Assembly: GCA_028823995.1 (NCBI GenBank)
Contig: JAPPFD010000009.1
Span: forward strand, 20,361-84,360
Direction: 5' to 3'
DNA from: a bacterium
GTDB lineage: Bacteria > Actinomycetota > Acidimicrobiia > Spongiisociales > ZC4RG35
DNA length: 64,000 bases
Position 1 is the first letter of the stretch. Every line of letters begins with the position of its first letter. Shown here one piece after another: positions 18,261 through 28,178 of this stretch. Below the pieces are notes generated by a model. It saw nothing but the letters and a program-made list of their open reading frames with translations. It searched no databases and was not told the origin of the DNA. Position numbers and translations under genes: made by a program.

Positions 18261-19151
18261 ATGCTTGAACTGAGCCGACTCTCCAAGCGTTACGGGGAGG
18301 TTCAGGCCCTGGACGAGTGCAGCTTCCGGGTGGAGCGGGGACGGATGCTCGGCTTTCTCGGACCCAACGGGGCGGGAAAGACCACCGCCATGCGCTCGGT
18401 CTTCAATCTGGTGAGCCTCGATGAGGGGACGGTCACCTGGAGGGGCAGACCCGTGGGGCAGGCGGAGCGCATGCGGTTCGGATACATGCCCGAGCAGCGG
18501 GGCCTCTATCCGAAGATGAGAATCGGGAAGCAGCTCGTCTACCTGGGCCGGATTCACGGGATGACCACCGCCGACGCCACCGCGGCGGCCGAACGGTGGC
18601 TCGAGGAGTTGGGGCTGGGCGACCGGACCGGCGATCCCCTCGAGAAGCTGTCGCACGGGAACCAGCAGCGGGTCCAGTTGGCGGCCGCGCTGATCCATGA
18701 CCCGGAACTGCTGGTGCTGGACGAGCCGTTCAGCGGACTGGACCCCTTCGGGGTGGAGACCATGTCGGAGATCCTCCGTTCCCGGGCCGCTGAGGGGGCG
18801 GCGGTGGTGTTCTCCAGCCACCAGTTGGACATGGTGGAGGACCTGTGCCAGGACGTGGCCATCATCCACCAGGGCAGGGTGGTGATGGGGGGAGAGGTCC
18901 GCCAACTCAAGATGGACTCCCCCTACTGGGTCATCGAGGTGGAGATGCGCGGCGGGGACACCGAGCGTCTGAGCCGGCTCGAATCAGTGGTCTCGGTGGA
19001 CTTCGACGGCTACCGGCACCGGATAGTGGCGAGAAAGGGAGGGGATTTGAGCGATCTCGTCTCCCGGCTCGACCTGGGCGGCGACGTCCGTCACTTCACC
19101 TTCTCGGCGCCCTCTCTGTCGGAACTCTTCAAAGAGGCGGTGGCGGGATGA
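18261..19151 (+). CDS. ABC transporter ATP-binding protein (ABC-2 subfamily)
   Basis: GPNGAGKTT, LSHGNQQRV and LLVLDEPFSGLD motifs. The stop overlaps the permease start (ATGA at 19148-19151). Confidence 0.9.
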   Translation: MLELSRLSKRYGEVQALDECSFRVERGRMLGFLGPNGAGKTTAMRSVFNLVSLDEGTVTWRGRPVGQAERMRFGYMPEQRGLYPKMRIGKQLVYLGRIHGMTTADATAAAERWLEELGLGDRTGDPLEKLSHGNQQRVQLAAALIHDPELLVLDEPFSGLDPFGVETMSEILRSRAAEGAAVVFSSHQLDMVEDLCQDVAIIHQGRVVMGGEVRQLKMDSPYWVIEVEMRGGDTERLSRLESVVSVDFDGYRHRIVARKGGDLSDLVSRLDLGGDVRHFTFSAPSLSELFKEAVAG

Positions 19152-20344
19152 CCTCCTGGCAGGCGATCCGGCTGGTGATGGGACGCGAGATCAGGGAGCG
19201 GTCCCGGTCGGGGGCCTTCATCGTCTCGGTGGCGATCACGCTGCTGTTGGTGGCGGCGGTCCTGTTCCTTCCGCTGATCTTCGCCGATGACGATGTGCGC
19301 TACGAGGTGGGGGTGGTGGGCGACGGCAGCCAGGTGGTGATCGACGCCGCTGTGGCGCTGGCCAATCCCCCGGGCAGGGAGGTGAGGACCACCATCGAGG
19401 TGGTCGCCTTCGCCACCCGGGAAGCGGCCGAGGCAGCCGCCGACGCCGAGGAAGTGGACGGGGTGTTGATGGACGGCAGGGAGATAGTGGTCCGGGGTGC
19501 CGGAGGCGAAGCGGGCGGCGCCCTCGAGTCCCTCCTCCAGCGGGGCGCCCGCTCGGTGCAGATCGAGAGCCTGGTCGCCTCCGGAGCCGGGGAGGTGGTG
19601 GACATTCTCACCTCCCAGCCACTCGAGGTGAGGTCCTTGTCGGGCGCGGATGCAGAGGAGAACAGCGAGCGCTCGGTGATCGCCTTCGGGGGGCTGATGC
19701 TGCTCTACATGGCCGTGCTCCTCTACGGGTCGTTGATCCTGAGCGGCGTCACCGAAGAGAAGACCAACCGGGTGGTGGAGGTGCTGCTGGCCGCCTTCGA
19801 GCCCTGGCAACTGCTGGCGGGAAAGATCCTGGGAATCGGGCTCCTGGGACTTTGCCAGTTCGTGGGGACGGTGGTGATCGCTCTGGTGGGAATCAACCTG
19901 ACCGGTGTCATCGACCTGCCGGAGTTCCCGGTCGACAGCATCCTGGTGCTGGTGCTGTGGTTCATCCTGGGATACTCCCTGTTCGCGGTGATGTTCGGCG
20001 CAGCAGGGGCTCTGGTCTCCCGAGCGGAGGACGCACAGACCGTGGTGGCGCCGATCTCCCTGGTGGCGGTCGCAGGGTTCTTCATCGCCATCCAGGCAGT
20101 GAGCAATCCCACCAGCACCCTATCGGTGGTGACCACCTTCATCCCGCCCACCGCCCCCTTCGTGGCGCCGGTGCGTTTCGCCTTCCAGGCGATCCCGCTC
20201 TGGCAGATGGCGGTGTCCGTGGCGCTGATGATCCTCACCGTTGTGTTGATGACCCGCCTGGCCGGCCGGGTGTACCTGGGCGGCCTGCTGCGCTTCGGAA
20301 GCAGGGTGGGGATCAGGGAGGCATTCCGCACGGCCGAACTCTGA
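19148..20344 (+). CDS. ABC-2 family transporter permease (NatB-like)
   Basis: An N-terminal TM helix is followed by a periplasmic domain and a C-terminal 5-6 TM bundle. It is translationally coupled to the ATPase. The ORF-track start at 18845 is an upstream extension. Confidence 0.75.
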   Translation: MTSWQAIRLVMGREIRERSRSGAFIVSVAITLLLVAAVLFLPLIFADDDVRYEVGVVGDGSQVVIDAAVALANPPGREVRTTIEVVAFATREAAEAAADAEEVDGVLMDGREIVVRGAGGEAGGALESLLQRGARSVQIESLVASGAGEVVDILTSQPLEVRSLSGADAEENSERSVIAFGGLMLLYMAVLLYGSLILSGVTEEKTNRVVEVLLAAFEPWQLLAGKILGIGLLGLCQFVGTVVIALVGINLTGVIDLPEFPVDSILVLVLWFILGYSLFAVMFGAAGALVSRAEDAQTVVAPISLVAVAGFFIAIQAVSNPTSTLSVVTTFIPPTAPFVAPVRFAFQAIPLWQMAVSVALMILTVVLMTRLAGRVYLGGLLRFGSRVGIREAFRTAEL

Positions 20345-20529
20345 CCTCCCTTCCAGCGGGAGGATGAGGTCCGACGGACAGGCTTTTTAGCTGTGCCCCT
20401 CCCTGTCGTGGAGCCAAGCAGAGTGCTACTACTAACCCAAATACGGCCGACCGGGACGATGAATAACGATTGGGTAGCCACCGCGCACTGTCACAACCCC
20501 GTGTTACCTTGTGGATTGATGGAAGTCGT

Positions 20530-21759
20530 ATGACCACCTATTCGCCTGCCTCTTCGCTTGGGTGGCTCGACTTCGACGCCGCCGCCACAGAGCGAGTCGC
20601 CACGCTGTTGCGCTCACTCCAAGAGCCCACCACGCTGGATGTCCTAGGTCTGGGATCGGTGCGCGACGCTTTCTCCGGAATGCTGCACCCCGGCACTTCG
20701 TACATCCAGACAAAGCTGCGGTATTTCATGTTCCTGCCATGGACATTTCAGCGCATTGAACAGGACCAGGTTGCACCCGGAGATTTCTTCCAGCGCCTTC
20801 GCCACGATGAGGCCCTGCTCATCGACTGTCTGCGCCATCTGGGACCCGGTAATCGAGTGATCGGCTTCCAGGCCGGTAGAAACTTGAAGCGTATGCCCAG
20901 TTCCATCTACTGGGGAGGACTCGGGGACTGGGGACTGCGACGACTGCCCCTGAGCCTGGGCGAGTACGCACAGCGGGCAGCCGCCCTGGGCCGGTACCGG
21001 GCGGCGCGCGATGACGACGGCATCGTTACGGACCCAAGCAGTTCGATGTGGGCCCCGCTGCCGCCTGCTCCCGAGGGATTCCTGGAGGCCGACATCACCT
21101 TCAAGTTGAGGAGCGTGGAGGCCGCCACCATAGTCGAGAACATTCGGCATCGGCAGGGGGACACCCTTCTGGCCTGGTTGTTGACCCAGCCACACCTCGC
21201 CGCCGGCTGCGACTTTCCATGGGAGGTGTCCAGCCACGGCATGCGCGCGGAACTAACCGATGTGGTTCGCCACGCCCGGTGCTTCTCCGAGTTGACCGCC
21301 GGTCCGCAGTACGCCTACAACGTCCTGGTGGCGCGCCGGGCTCGACAGGAGCTCGGTTGGGACACCGCCAGGCTGTTGGAGGGCCAACTCGGTCGCCTGC
21401 AGCGCTGGGTCGAGATGGTCCAGAGTCGCCACGGGGAACTTTTATCCTGGGTCGACGACCTGCCAGCATTCTGGAAGCTTCTTGATAGGTACCGCATCCG
21501 GCGGAGTACCCGTGACTTTATTGCCGGGATCGTCCGTACGGCCGTTGACAATCCTGAGGGGTTCGAGCAAGATTCGACGGTTCATGAGCAGATCCGCCTT
21601 CGGGAGATCCGGTTGAAGGGGAAGCGGGCCCGTCTGGCTTACCGCGCCGCACTGGAGAACTGGAACCAAACTGCGGCCGGCGGCCAGCTCGGGTACCGGT
21701 GGTCCATCGCTAAGAACTACATTGGCGAGATCGCCGACGCGTTGGCGGGTGGCCGCTGA
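20530..21759 (+). CDS. hypothetical protein, first gene of the PLD/SNF2 operon (409 aa)
   Basis: The ATG at 20530 has GGAAG 5 nt upstream. I recognise no catalytic motif (FMFLPWTFQRIE, IYWGGLGDWGLRRL). Its stop overlaps the start of the PLD gene (TGATG at 21757-21761). Confidence 0.5.
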   Translation: MTTYSPASSLGWLDFDAAATERVATLLRSLQEPTTLDVLGLGSVRDAFSGMLHPGTSYIQTKLRYFMFLPWTFQRIEQDQVAPGDFFQRLRHDEALLIDCLRHLGPGNRVIGFQAGRNLKRMPSSIYWGGLGDWGLRRLPLSLGEYAQRAAALGRYRAARDDDGIVTDPSSSMWAPLPPAPEGFLEADITFKLRSVEAATIVENIRHRQGDTLLAWLLTQPHLAAGCDFPWEVSSHGMRAELTDVVRHARCFSELTAGPQYAYNVLVARRARQELGWDTARLLEGQLGRLQRWVEMVQSRHGELLSWVDDLPAFWKLLDRYRIRRSTRDFIAGIVRTAVDNPEGFEQDSTVHEQIRLREIRLKGKRARLAYRAALENWNQTAAGGQLGYRWSIAKNYIGEIADALAGGR

Positions 21760-23642
21760 TGCTACTGCCGACCAACCGGCTGACGCTGATCGATGCGATG
21801 CGCCCCCCGGCCGGATTCGGGTTGGAGTCCGCCATGGCGGTGACGTTCACCCTTAACTTGAGCGCACTTCTAGCGGCGCCCGCCGCCTTCGCCCTTGCCG
21901 GCCTGCGGGATACCACTGGTGATGCCAGTGGGTCTACGCCAGTGGAGCTGGTTCACGCACTTCGTGCTCATGCTCACAAACTCACCGTCTTCAGCGAGGC
22001 CGGCGGGATCAGTTTGCCGCCGCCCAGCAGGGCATTCGCCTTTCTGGAGCGGGCGGTGGTCCCGGTCAGGGCCCCCGGAGGAGGGATCGTGCATCCCAAA
22101 GTCTGGGTGCTGCGCTACCAGCCATCTGATGATTCAAGGGGCGGCGACCCGGCTGCGCAGTGCCTTCGCGTGCTTATCGCCAGTCGCAATCTGACCTTCG
22201 ACGAGAGTTGGGACACTCTGTTAAGACTTGATCAGACGCCAGACACTCGCGGCGCGAGGCTGGACGGGGTGGGGAGACTGTTCAGGGGTCTGCTCGACGC
22301 TGCCGTTGGGAGAGTAGAAACAGAGCACGCAGACCGGGTGCGCTTGCTGTCCGAAGCTCTCCAGGACGCACGGTTCGAGTTACCAGCGGGCGTTGATGAC
22401 CTGGCGATCCATCTGTTTGGCCTCGGAGAGGCGTCCCCGCCATTCCCAAGGGATCCCGAGCGCGCGCTGATCATTTCACCCTTTCTGACCGACGACTTCT
22501 TCGGAGGGGTGTATCCCGGGCGGGTGGACACGCTGGTCAGCCGGCAGGAGGCACTCGACGGGCTGCAGGAGGGCACTCTCGGCTCCATCCAGAACAAGTA
22601 CGTCTTCGACGACGGCAGCCCTTTCGAACACGCGGAACCAGTCGGCGGACGCACCCAGGAGGACAATGGCGAACACCCCGGCGCCGCCGCACCACCGGCG
22701 CCGTCACCCGCCGACCCCGGCCGGCCCCTGGTCGGAGTCCACGCCAAGGTCTTCGCCTTCGAGACGGGAGATCGGATCAGACTGTTCGTCGGGTCGGCCA
22801 ACGCCACCGGCCCTGCTTTCGGCGGCAACGTCGAGATACTGGCCGAACTCGGAGGGTCGGTCTCCGATTTGGGGATCGATCGACTCTGTGGCGGCGATGG
22901 GGAGGATCATGGGTTGCTCAGCCTGTTCCGCGACTACCACCGGGTCGTGGTGGAAGACGGCAATGGGAACGGCGTCTCCATCCTTGACCGGACGCGTCGT
23001 CGTATTGCTCGCCTTCCTATGGTGGGAGTAGTGGAGGGCACCGGTGAAGGAGACAACGAGTGGGCCGTGACCTACCGCTCGGATGAGTCCGTGCCTGCCG
23101 TGGAGGGGGTCGAGATTCACTGCTGGCCGCTGACCACTCCCGGCAATCGGCGGCAGGTCGGGACGGCCGGGCCCTTCGAGGCGCGTTTTGAGACAACCCT
23201 GGAGGCTCTCAGCAGTTTTCTGGCATTCGAACTGACCCATGAGAGCGGTGAGCAGACGGGATTCGTGGTCCCCGTGCCGCTGGACGGAGTGCCCGAGCAC
23301 CGGATCCGACGCTTGGTTGGAGTGCTGATCGGCAATGCCGAGCGGTTCCTGCGTTATCTGGTGGCGCTCCTGTACGACGACTCCGATCAACTCGACCTCC
23401 AAGAAGTCTCCAGGACTCTTGACCGATCGGTATCCGATGGGACTGGCTCGATCAGCTTTGCAGTGCTGGAACGGTTGCTGCGAACCATGAGGAGCGATCC
23501 GAGGAGACTTGAGGGACTGCACCCACTGATCGCCGATCTTCGGGCTGACGATGCATTGCCGCCGGGCTTTGCCGAACTCTGGGACGCCATCTACGACGTG
23601 GCTATTAAATGTACTTGTCAAAAGGGCGCCAACCTGCCATGA
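21759..23642 (+). CDS. phospholipase D-superfamily (two-HKD) nuclease-like protein
   Basis: A degenerate first HKD motif, HPKVWVLRY...VLIASRNLT, is followed by a canonical second motif, GVHAKVFAFETGDRIRLFVGSANATGPAF (HxK-x4-D-x6-GSxN). This resembles Nuc/NgoFVII/DrmC-type PLD nucleases. The stop overlaps the helicase start (ATGA at 23639-23642). Confidence 0.7.
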   Translation: MLLPTNRLTLIDAMRPPAGFGLESAMAVTFTLNLSALLAAPAAFALAGLRDTTGDASGSTPVELVHALRAHAHKLTVFSEAGGISLPPPSRAFAFLERAVVPVRAPGGGIVHPKVWVLRYQPSDDSRGGDPAAQCLRVLIASRNLTFDESWDTLLRLDQTPDTRGARLDGVGRLFRGLLDAAVGRVETEHADRVRLLSEALQDARFELPAGVDDLAIHLFGLGEASPPFPRDPERALIISPFLTDDFFGGVYPGRVDTLVSRQEALDGLQEGTLGSIQNKYVFDDGSPFEHAEPVGGRTQEDNGEHPGAAAPPAPSPADPGRPLVGVHAKVFAFETGDRIRLFVGSANATGPAFGGNVEILAELGGSVSDLGIDRLCGGDGEDHGLLSLFRDYHRVVVEDGNGNGVSILDRTRRRIARLPMVGVVEGTGEGDNEWAVTYRSDESVPAVEGVEIHCWPLTTPGNRRQVGTAGPFEARFETTLEALSSFLAFELTHESGEQTGFVVPVPLDGVPEHRIRRLVGVLIGNAERFLRYLVALLYDDSDQLDLQEVSRTLDRSVSDGTGSISFAVLERLLRTMRSDPRRLEGLHPLIADLRADDALPPGFAELWDAIYDVAIKCTCQKGANLP

Positions 23643-26600
23643 CCGAGCAACGCATCGATGTGGCCGCGGCGTTGGCGGACCTGAAGGACTTTCAGCGGCG
23701 TACGGCTGAATGGGCGTTCGAGCGCATGTTCGCGGATCACGATCCTGCACTCCGGTTTCTGGTGGCCGACGAAGTTGGCCTCGGCAAGACCCATGTCGCC
23801 AAGGGGGTGATAGCGCAGGTCATCGACTACCTTGGGCGAACGGGTGATAGGCGCCATGATGTCGTCTATGTGTGCTCGAACGCTGCCATCCTTCGCCAAA
23901 ACCTCAGAAAGCTCACGCCCGAAGGTATAGAGCCGACAATCGTGGAGGTCGACCGGCTCACGATGCTCCCTCAAGTCGAGCTAAAGGAGGAACACGAAGG
24001 AAGACCAGGCATCAACCTATTGGGGATATCGCCGGGCACATCGCTGCGGTTCGGCCGCAACACAGGCACATTCCCGGAACGGGCCCTTGCCTATACGTTC
24101 CTTCGATCCCACTGGGGCTGGAGTGCTATGAAGAAGCGCCGAGCCCGCTGGATTTTCTGGTTAGGCATCACAGCAGGTGATCTTGACGCGCGGCTCAGGG
24201 CATGCGAACGCTGGTATCGCCCACGCATCACGGGAGCGTTGCCCGAGTTCGCCAAACGGCTCGAGGAGTTGGACACCGAGCGACGGACAAACGGACAGCA
24301 ACCAATTCGGGCATTATTTGAGGAAATTGTCGACGGACTCAGGTACAAACGTTCTTTCCCCCGCCGGATTCGGACACTGCAAGGAGAATTGATAGCGGAA
24401 CTACGCCGTGTGATGGCCATCGTCGGTATTGATGCGCTTCGCCCTGACCTCATTGTGCTGGACGAGTTTCAGCGATTCAAAGATTTGCTCCATTCTCATC
24501 CCGACAACCTGGCCGCAGAACTTGCCAAAAGGCTGTTCGAATACGAGGACCCAGAGAGCGGCCGACCAACCCGCACTCTGTTGCTCTCCGCCACCCCCTA
24601 CCGCATGTACACCACCGCCGACGACGCCGACGACGATCATTACACGGACTTCCTGGATACGTGCCGGTTTCTCTACGGGGATTCCGGGCGTGTCGAGGGA
24701 CTACGGCGCCGGTTTGCTGATCTCCGCCGGACGCTCACCACCTTGGGGGCGTTCGAAGACACCGAGATGGCGTTGAACACTGCGGCGGACATCTGCGGGA
24801 AGATCGGTTCGGAGTTGCGGCAGGTAATGGCCCGGACTGAACGGCTGGCCGCCACTCCCGACCGAGACGGGATGCTCGGGGACCACGTAGTACCGGCGTC
24901 GGTGGGGCCCGACGACCTACGATCGTATCTCCGGTTCGGCGAGATCTCCCGGGTCGTGGGGTATCCCGATCCCACCGAGTACTGGAAATCGGCGCCGTAC
25001 CTGATCAACTTCATGGAACGTTACAAGCTCAAACAAGCCGTGGAGCAGGCCGCCGAGGCGGGCCGGTTCCTCGACAGCGGCCTGCTCGAGCAGGGTCCGG
25101 GACTGTTGAGTTGGGAGGAGGTGGAGCGTTACCGGGCCATCGACCCTCAGAACGGGCGGCTACGGTGGCTGCTGGAAGACCTGCAGGGCTCCCGGGCCTT
25201 CGAGATTCTGTGGGTGCCGCCGTCAATCCGCTACTACAACACGGGATCGGTCTATGAATCCGAAGAGACCCACAGGTTTACCAAGCGATTGATCTTCTCG
25301 GGTTGGGTGATTGTCCCGAAAGTGGTGTCGTCGCTGGTCAGCTTCGAGGCCGAGCGCCGGGCTTATCGGGACCGCCACCACAAATACACGGCCCAGTACC
25401 GACGGCGCGGGGGCGGGCGGCTGACATTCCGCACCACCGAGCGGACCGCCGGTGATCGCCGCTCCGGGGAAGCCACCGGCGACCGGCGCGCCGCCTCGAT
25501 GACCACCCTGTTGCTCTGCTGGCCGAGCATCACCCTCGCTCAACTGGGGGATCCCCTGCATTTGGATACCGCAACGCGGGACCGCCCCGATGTGATCGCC
25601 TCCATCACTAAGTGGGTTGAGGCCGCCTTCGCACCATTGGCGGGCTCTGCGCCCTCCGAAGGTGCGGTTGACCAACGGTGGTACTGGGCCGCCCCGATGC
25701 TGCTCGACTACCGGGACTACCCAGAGGTCGTTCGTCAGCTGCTGTCCGATCAGTCGGCGTGGCTCGGGGAGGGAGGACGGCCCGACCAGAACTTCCGAGC
25801 GCACCTCGCCGAAGCCTGGACATTGCTCGACCACGGTGTCGAAGCCCTAGGTCGGCCTCCTGAGGACCTCTATATGGTGCTAGCCGAACTGGCGCTAGGA
25901 GGGCCGGCCCAGTGCGCGCTCCGGGCAATCCGCCGAGTGGTGGGCCTGCCGCACGATCACCGGGCGATGACGGCCAGCGCGGCCCTGATCAGCGAGGCCT
26001 TCCGGAGTTTCTTCAACGCCCCGGAGGTCACGGCCATAGTCGCCGGTGACCAAACGGAGCACACGGAGTCCGAGCAAGCGGCTCCGGTTGTCGGCCGATA
26101 CTGGCGCGACGTGGCGGCTCACTGTGTAGATGGCAATCTGCAGGCAGTACTCGATGAGCACGCTCATGTTCTCCGAGATTGGCTGGGATATGTCAGACTG
26201 GGCGACTCTGCACAACGGGCCGAGGCCGCCGAAGACATCGCCGGAAGGATCGGCGGGTCCCTGCGACTTCGAACCTCGGCCCTGCGGGTGGACATTCCTC
26301 GTCGGACCGACGATGGCCAGGCGGAGGTTCTCTCTGTGAGCCGCATGCGCACCCGCTTCGCGGTGACCTTCGGCGACCAGGCGCTCGACGAGGGCGGCCA
26401 GGCGCGGGTGGGCGCCGTGTCGGTCGCCTTCAATTCGCCGTTCTGGCCGTTCGTGTTGGCTTCTACCTCGGTTGGGCAGGAAGGACTGGACTTTCACCTG
26501 TGGTGCCATGCCGTGGTGCATTGGAACCTTCCGACCAGTCCGGTGGATCTCGAACAGCGCGAGGGTCGGGTCCATCGCTACAAATGCCATGCGGTTCGTC

Positions 26601-26965
26601 GGAACATCGCCGAAACGTTCGGGCCTGAAGTCCTGAGGGCGGGAGAGCCCGAAGGTGATCTCTGGCAGGCCCTCTTCGACCGAGCGGCATCCGAGGGAGG
26701 ATCCGACGACGGGGAGATGGCGCCCTATTGGGTGTTTCACCAAGGCCAAGCAAAGATCGACCGTTTGGTACCCATGCTGCCCTTCAGCCGCGAGTCGGCG
26801 AGACTTCCACGACTGCGGAAGTCCCTCGCCATCTACCGCCTCGCCTTCGGCCAGCCCCGCCAGGAGGAACTGGTCGAACTGTTGAGCGATCGCATCAGTT
26901 CCGACGACCTGCGCGGTCGGCTCTCGGAACTGCGGATCGACCTGGCGCCTCCACCCGTAAACTAA
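23639..26965 (+). CDS. SNF2-like superfamily-2 helicase/ATPase (1108 aa)
   Basis: Motif I is LVADEVGLGKTHVAKG and motif II is LIVLDEFQRFKDL. The helicase C lobe has STSVGQEGLDFH (motif V) and LEQREGRVHRYK (motif VI). The I-II spacing of ~225 aa is unusually long, and a further ~550-aa insertion precedes the C lobe. Confidence 0.8.
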   Translation: MTEQRIDVAAALADLKDFQRRTAEWAFERMFADHDPALRFLVADEVGLGKTHVAKGVIAQVIDYLGRTGDRRHDVVYVCSNAAILRQNLRKLTPEGIEPTIVEVDRLTMLPQVELKEEHEGRPGINLLGISPGTSLRFGRNTGTFPERALAYTFLRSHWGWSAMKKRRARWIFWLGITAGDLDARLRACERWYRPRITGALPEFAKRLEELDTERRTNGQQPIRALFEEIVDGLRYKRSFPRRIRTLQGELIAELRRVMAIVGIDALRPDLIVLDEFQRFKDLLHSHPDNLAAELAKRLFEYEDPESGRPTRTLLLSATPYRMYTTADDADDDHYTDFLDTCRFLYGDSGRVEGLRRRFADLRRTLTTLGAFEDTEMALNTAADICGKIGSELRQVMARTERLAATPDRDGMLGDHVVPASVGPDDLRSYLRFGEISRVVGYPDPTEYWKSAPYLINFMERYKLKQAVEQAAEAGRFLDSGLLEQGPGLLSWEEVERYRAIDPQNGRLRWLLEDLQGSRAFEILWVPPSIRYYNTGSVYESEETHRFTKRLIFSGWVIVPKVVSSLVSFEAERRAYRDRHHKYTAQYRRRGGGRLTFRTTERTAGDRRSGEATGDRRAASMTTLLLCWPSITLAQLGDPLHLDTATRDRPDVIASITKWVEAAFAPLAGSAPSEGAVDQRWYWAAPMLLDYRDYPEVVRQLLSDQSAWLGEGGRPDQNFRAHLAEAWTLLDHGVEALGRPPEDLYMVLAELALGGPAQCALRAIRRVVGLPHDHRAMTASAALISEAFRSFFNAPEVTAIVAGDQTEHTESEQAAPVVGRYWRDVAAHCVDGNLQAVLDEHAHVLRDWLGYVRLGDSAQRAEAAEDIAGRIGGSLRLRTSALRVDIPRRTDDGQAEVLSVSRMRTRFAVTFGDQALDEGGQARVGAVSVAFNSPFWPFVLASTSVGQEGLDFHLWCHAVVHWNLPTSPVDLEQREGRVHRYKCHAVRRNIAETFGPEVLRAGEPEGDLWQALFDRAASEGGSDDGEMAPYWVFHQGQAKIDRLVPMLPFSRESARLPRLRKSLAIYRLAFGQPRQEELVELLSDRISSDDLRGRLSELRIDLAPPPVN

Positions 26966-26979
26966 GACCGGCCAGGATC

Positions 26980-28125
26980 ATGCCGTTTTCTGAAGAGCAC
27001 CAGATGTTTCGCCGAGTGGTGCGTAGGTTCGTGGAGGAGGAGATCAATCCCCGGGTGGACGGGTGGGAGGAGGCAGGTGAGATGCCGCTGCATGAGGTGT
27101 TCTCCCAGATGGCCGACCTGGGTTTTCTGGGACTGGAGCACGACCCCGCCTACGGAGGGCAGGGCGCCGACCATCTGTTCACTGTGGTCTTGGCGGAGGA
27201 ACTGGGACGGGCCGATCACGGGGCGATCGGGATGGCGGTGGGAGTGCAGACGGACATGGCCACCCCCTCTTTGCACCGGCACGGCTCGGAGGAACTGAAG
27301 CGGCGTTACCTGGCGCCGGCGCTCCGGGGGGAGATGGTGACCTCCATCGCGGTCACCGAGCCCGACGCCGGATCGGACGTGGCCGCCATCAAGACCCGGG
27401 CGGTCCGGGACGGGGATCGCTGGATCATCAACGGATCGAAGATGTACATCACCAACGGTCTGCAGGCCGACTGGCTGTGCCTCCTGGCCAGGACGTCGGA
27501 CGAGGGCGGGCATGCGGGGATGAGCCAGATCCTGGTACCCACCGACGTGGCGGGCTTCGAGGTCTCCCGAAAGCTTGACAAGCTGGGGATGCGAGCCTCG
27601 GACACGGGTCTTCTGACCTTCTCCGACATGGCGGTCCCGGTCTCCAACACCATCGGTGAGGCGGGGATGGGTTTCCAGCAGCAGATGTCGCAGTTCGTGG
27701 TGGAGCGGATGTGGGCGGCCTACTCGGCGGTGGGGGCCTGTGAGAGGGCGCTGGAACGGACCGCCCGGTACCTCCGGGAACGAAGGGTGTTCGGAAAACC
27801 GCTGCTGGGCCATCAGTACGTCAGTTTCCGGCTGGCGGAGCTCGCCGCCGAACTGGACCTGTTGCGCCGCTACAACTACGCGACAGCCGAGGCACACATG
27901 CGGGGAGAAGACCCCACCAGGTTCGCCACGATCGCCAAGCTCAAGTCGGGGAGGCTCATGCGGGAGACCGCCGATCAGGTGCTCCAGTTCCACGGGGGGA
28001 TCGGGTACATGGAGGAGACCTGGACCGCACGGTTCTTCCGCGACAGCCGGCTGGCCTCGATCGGCGGCGGTTCCGACGAGACCATGCTGGAGGTGCTGTC
28101 CCGCATCGACGGCTTCCAGGCGTAG
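26980..28125 (+). CDS. acyl-CoA dehydrogenase
   Basis: MPFSEEHQMFRRVVRRFVEEEINPRVDGWEE... and the whole sequence follow the ACAD fold. The catalytic region includes GGIGYMEE. Confidence 0.9.
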   Translation: MPFSEEHQMFRRVVRRFVEEEINPRVDGWEEAGEMPLHEVFSQMADLGFLGLEHDPAYGGQGADHLFTVVLAEELGRADHGAIGMAVGVQTDMATPSLHRHGSEELKRRYLAPALRGEMVTSIAVTEPDAGSDVAAIKTRAVRDGDRWIINGSKMYITNGLQADWLCLLARTSDEGGHAGMSQILVPTDVAGFEVSRKLDKLGMRASDTGLLTFSDMAVPVSNTIGEAGMGFQQQMSQFVVERMWAAYSAVGACERALERTARYLRERRVFGKPLLGHQYVSFRLAELAAELDLLRRYNYATAEAHMRGEDPTRFATIAKLKSGRLMRETADQVLQFHGGIGYMEETWTARFFRDSRLASIGGGSDETMLEVLSRIDGFQA

Positions 28126-28178
28126 GAGAGACTTCCCCTGTATGTTTCGGGAGTGACATTCCCCTGATTCCAAGGAGG

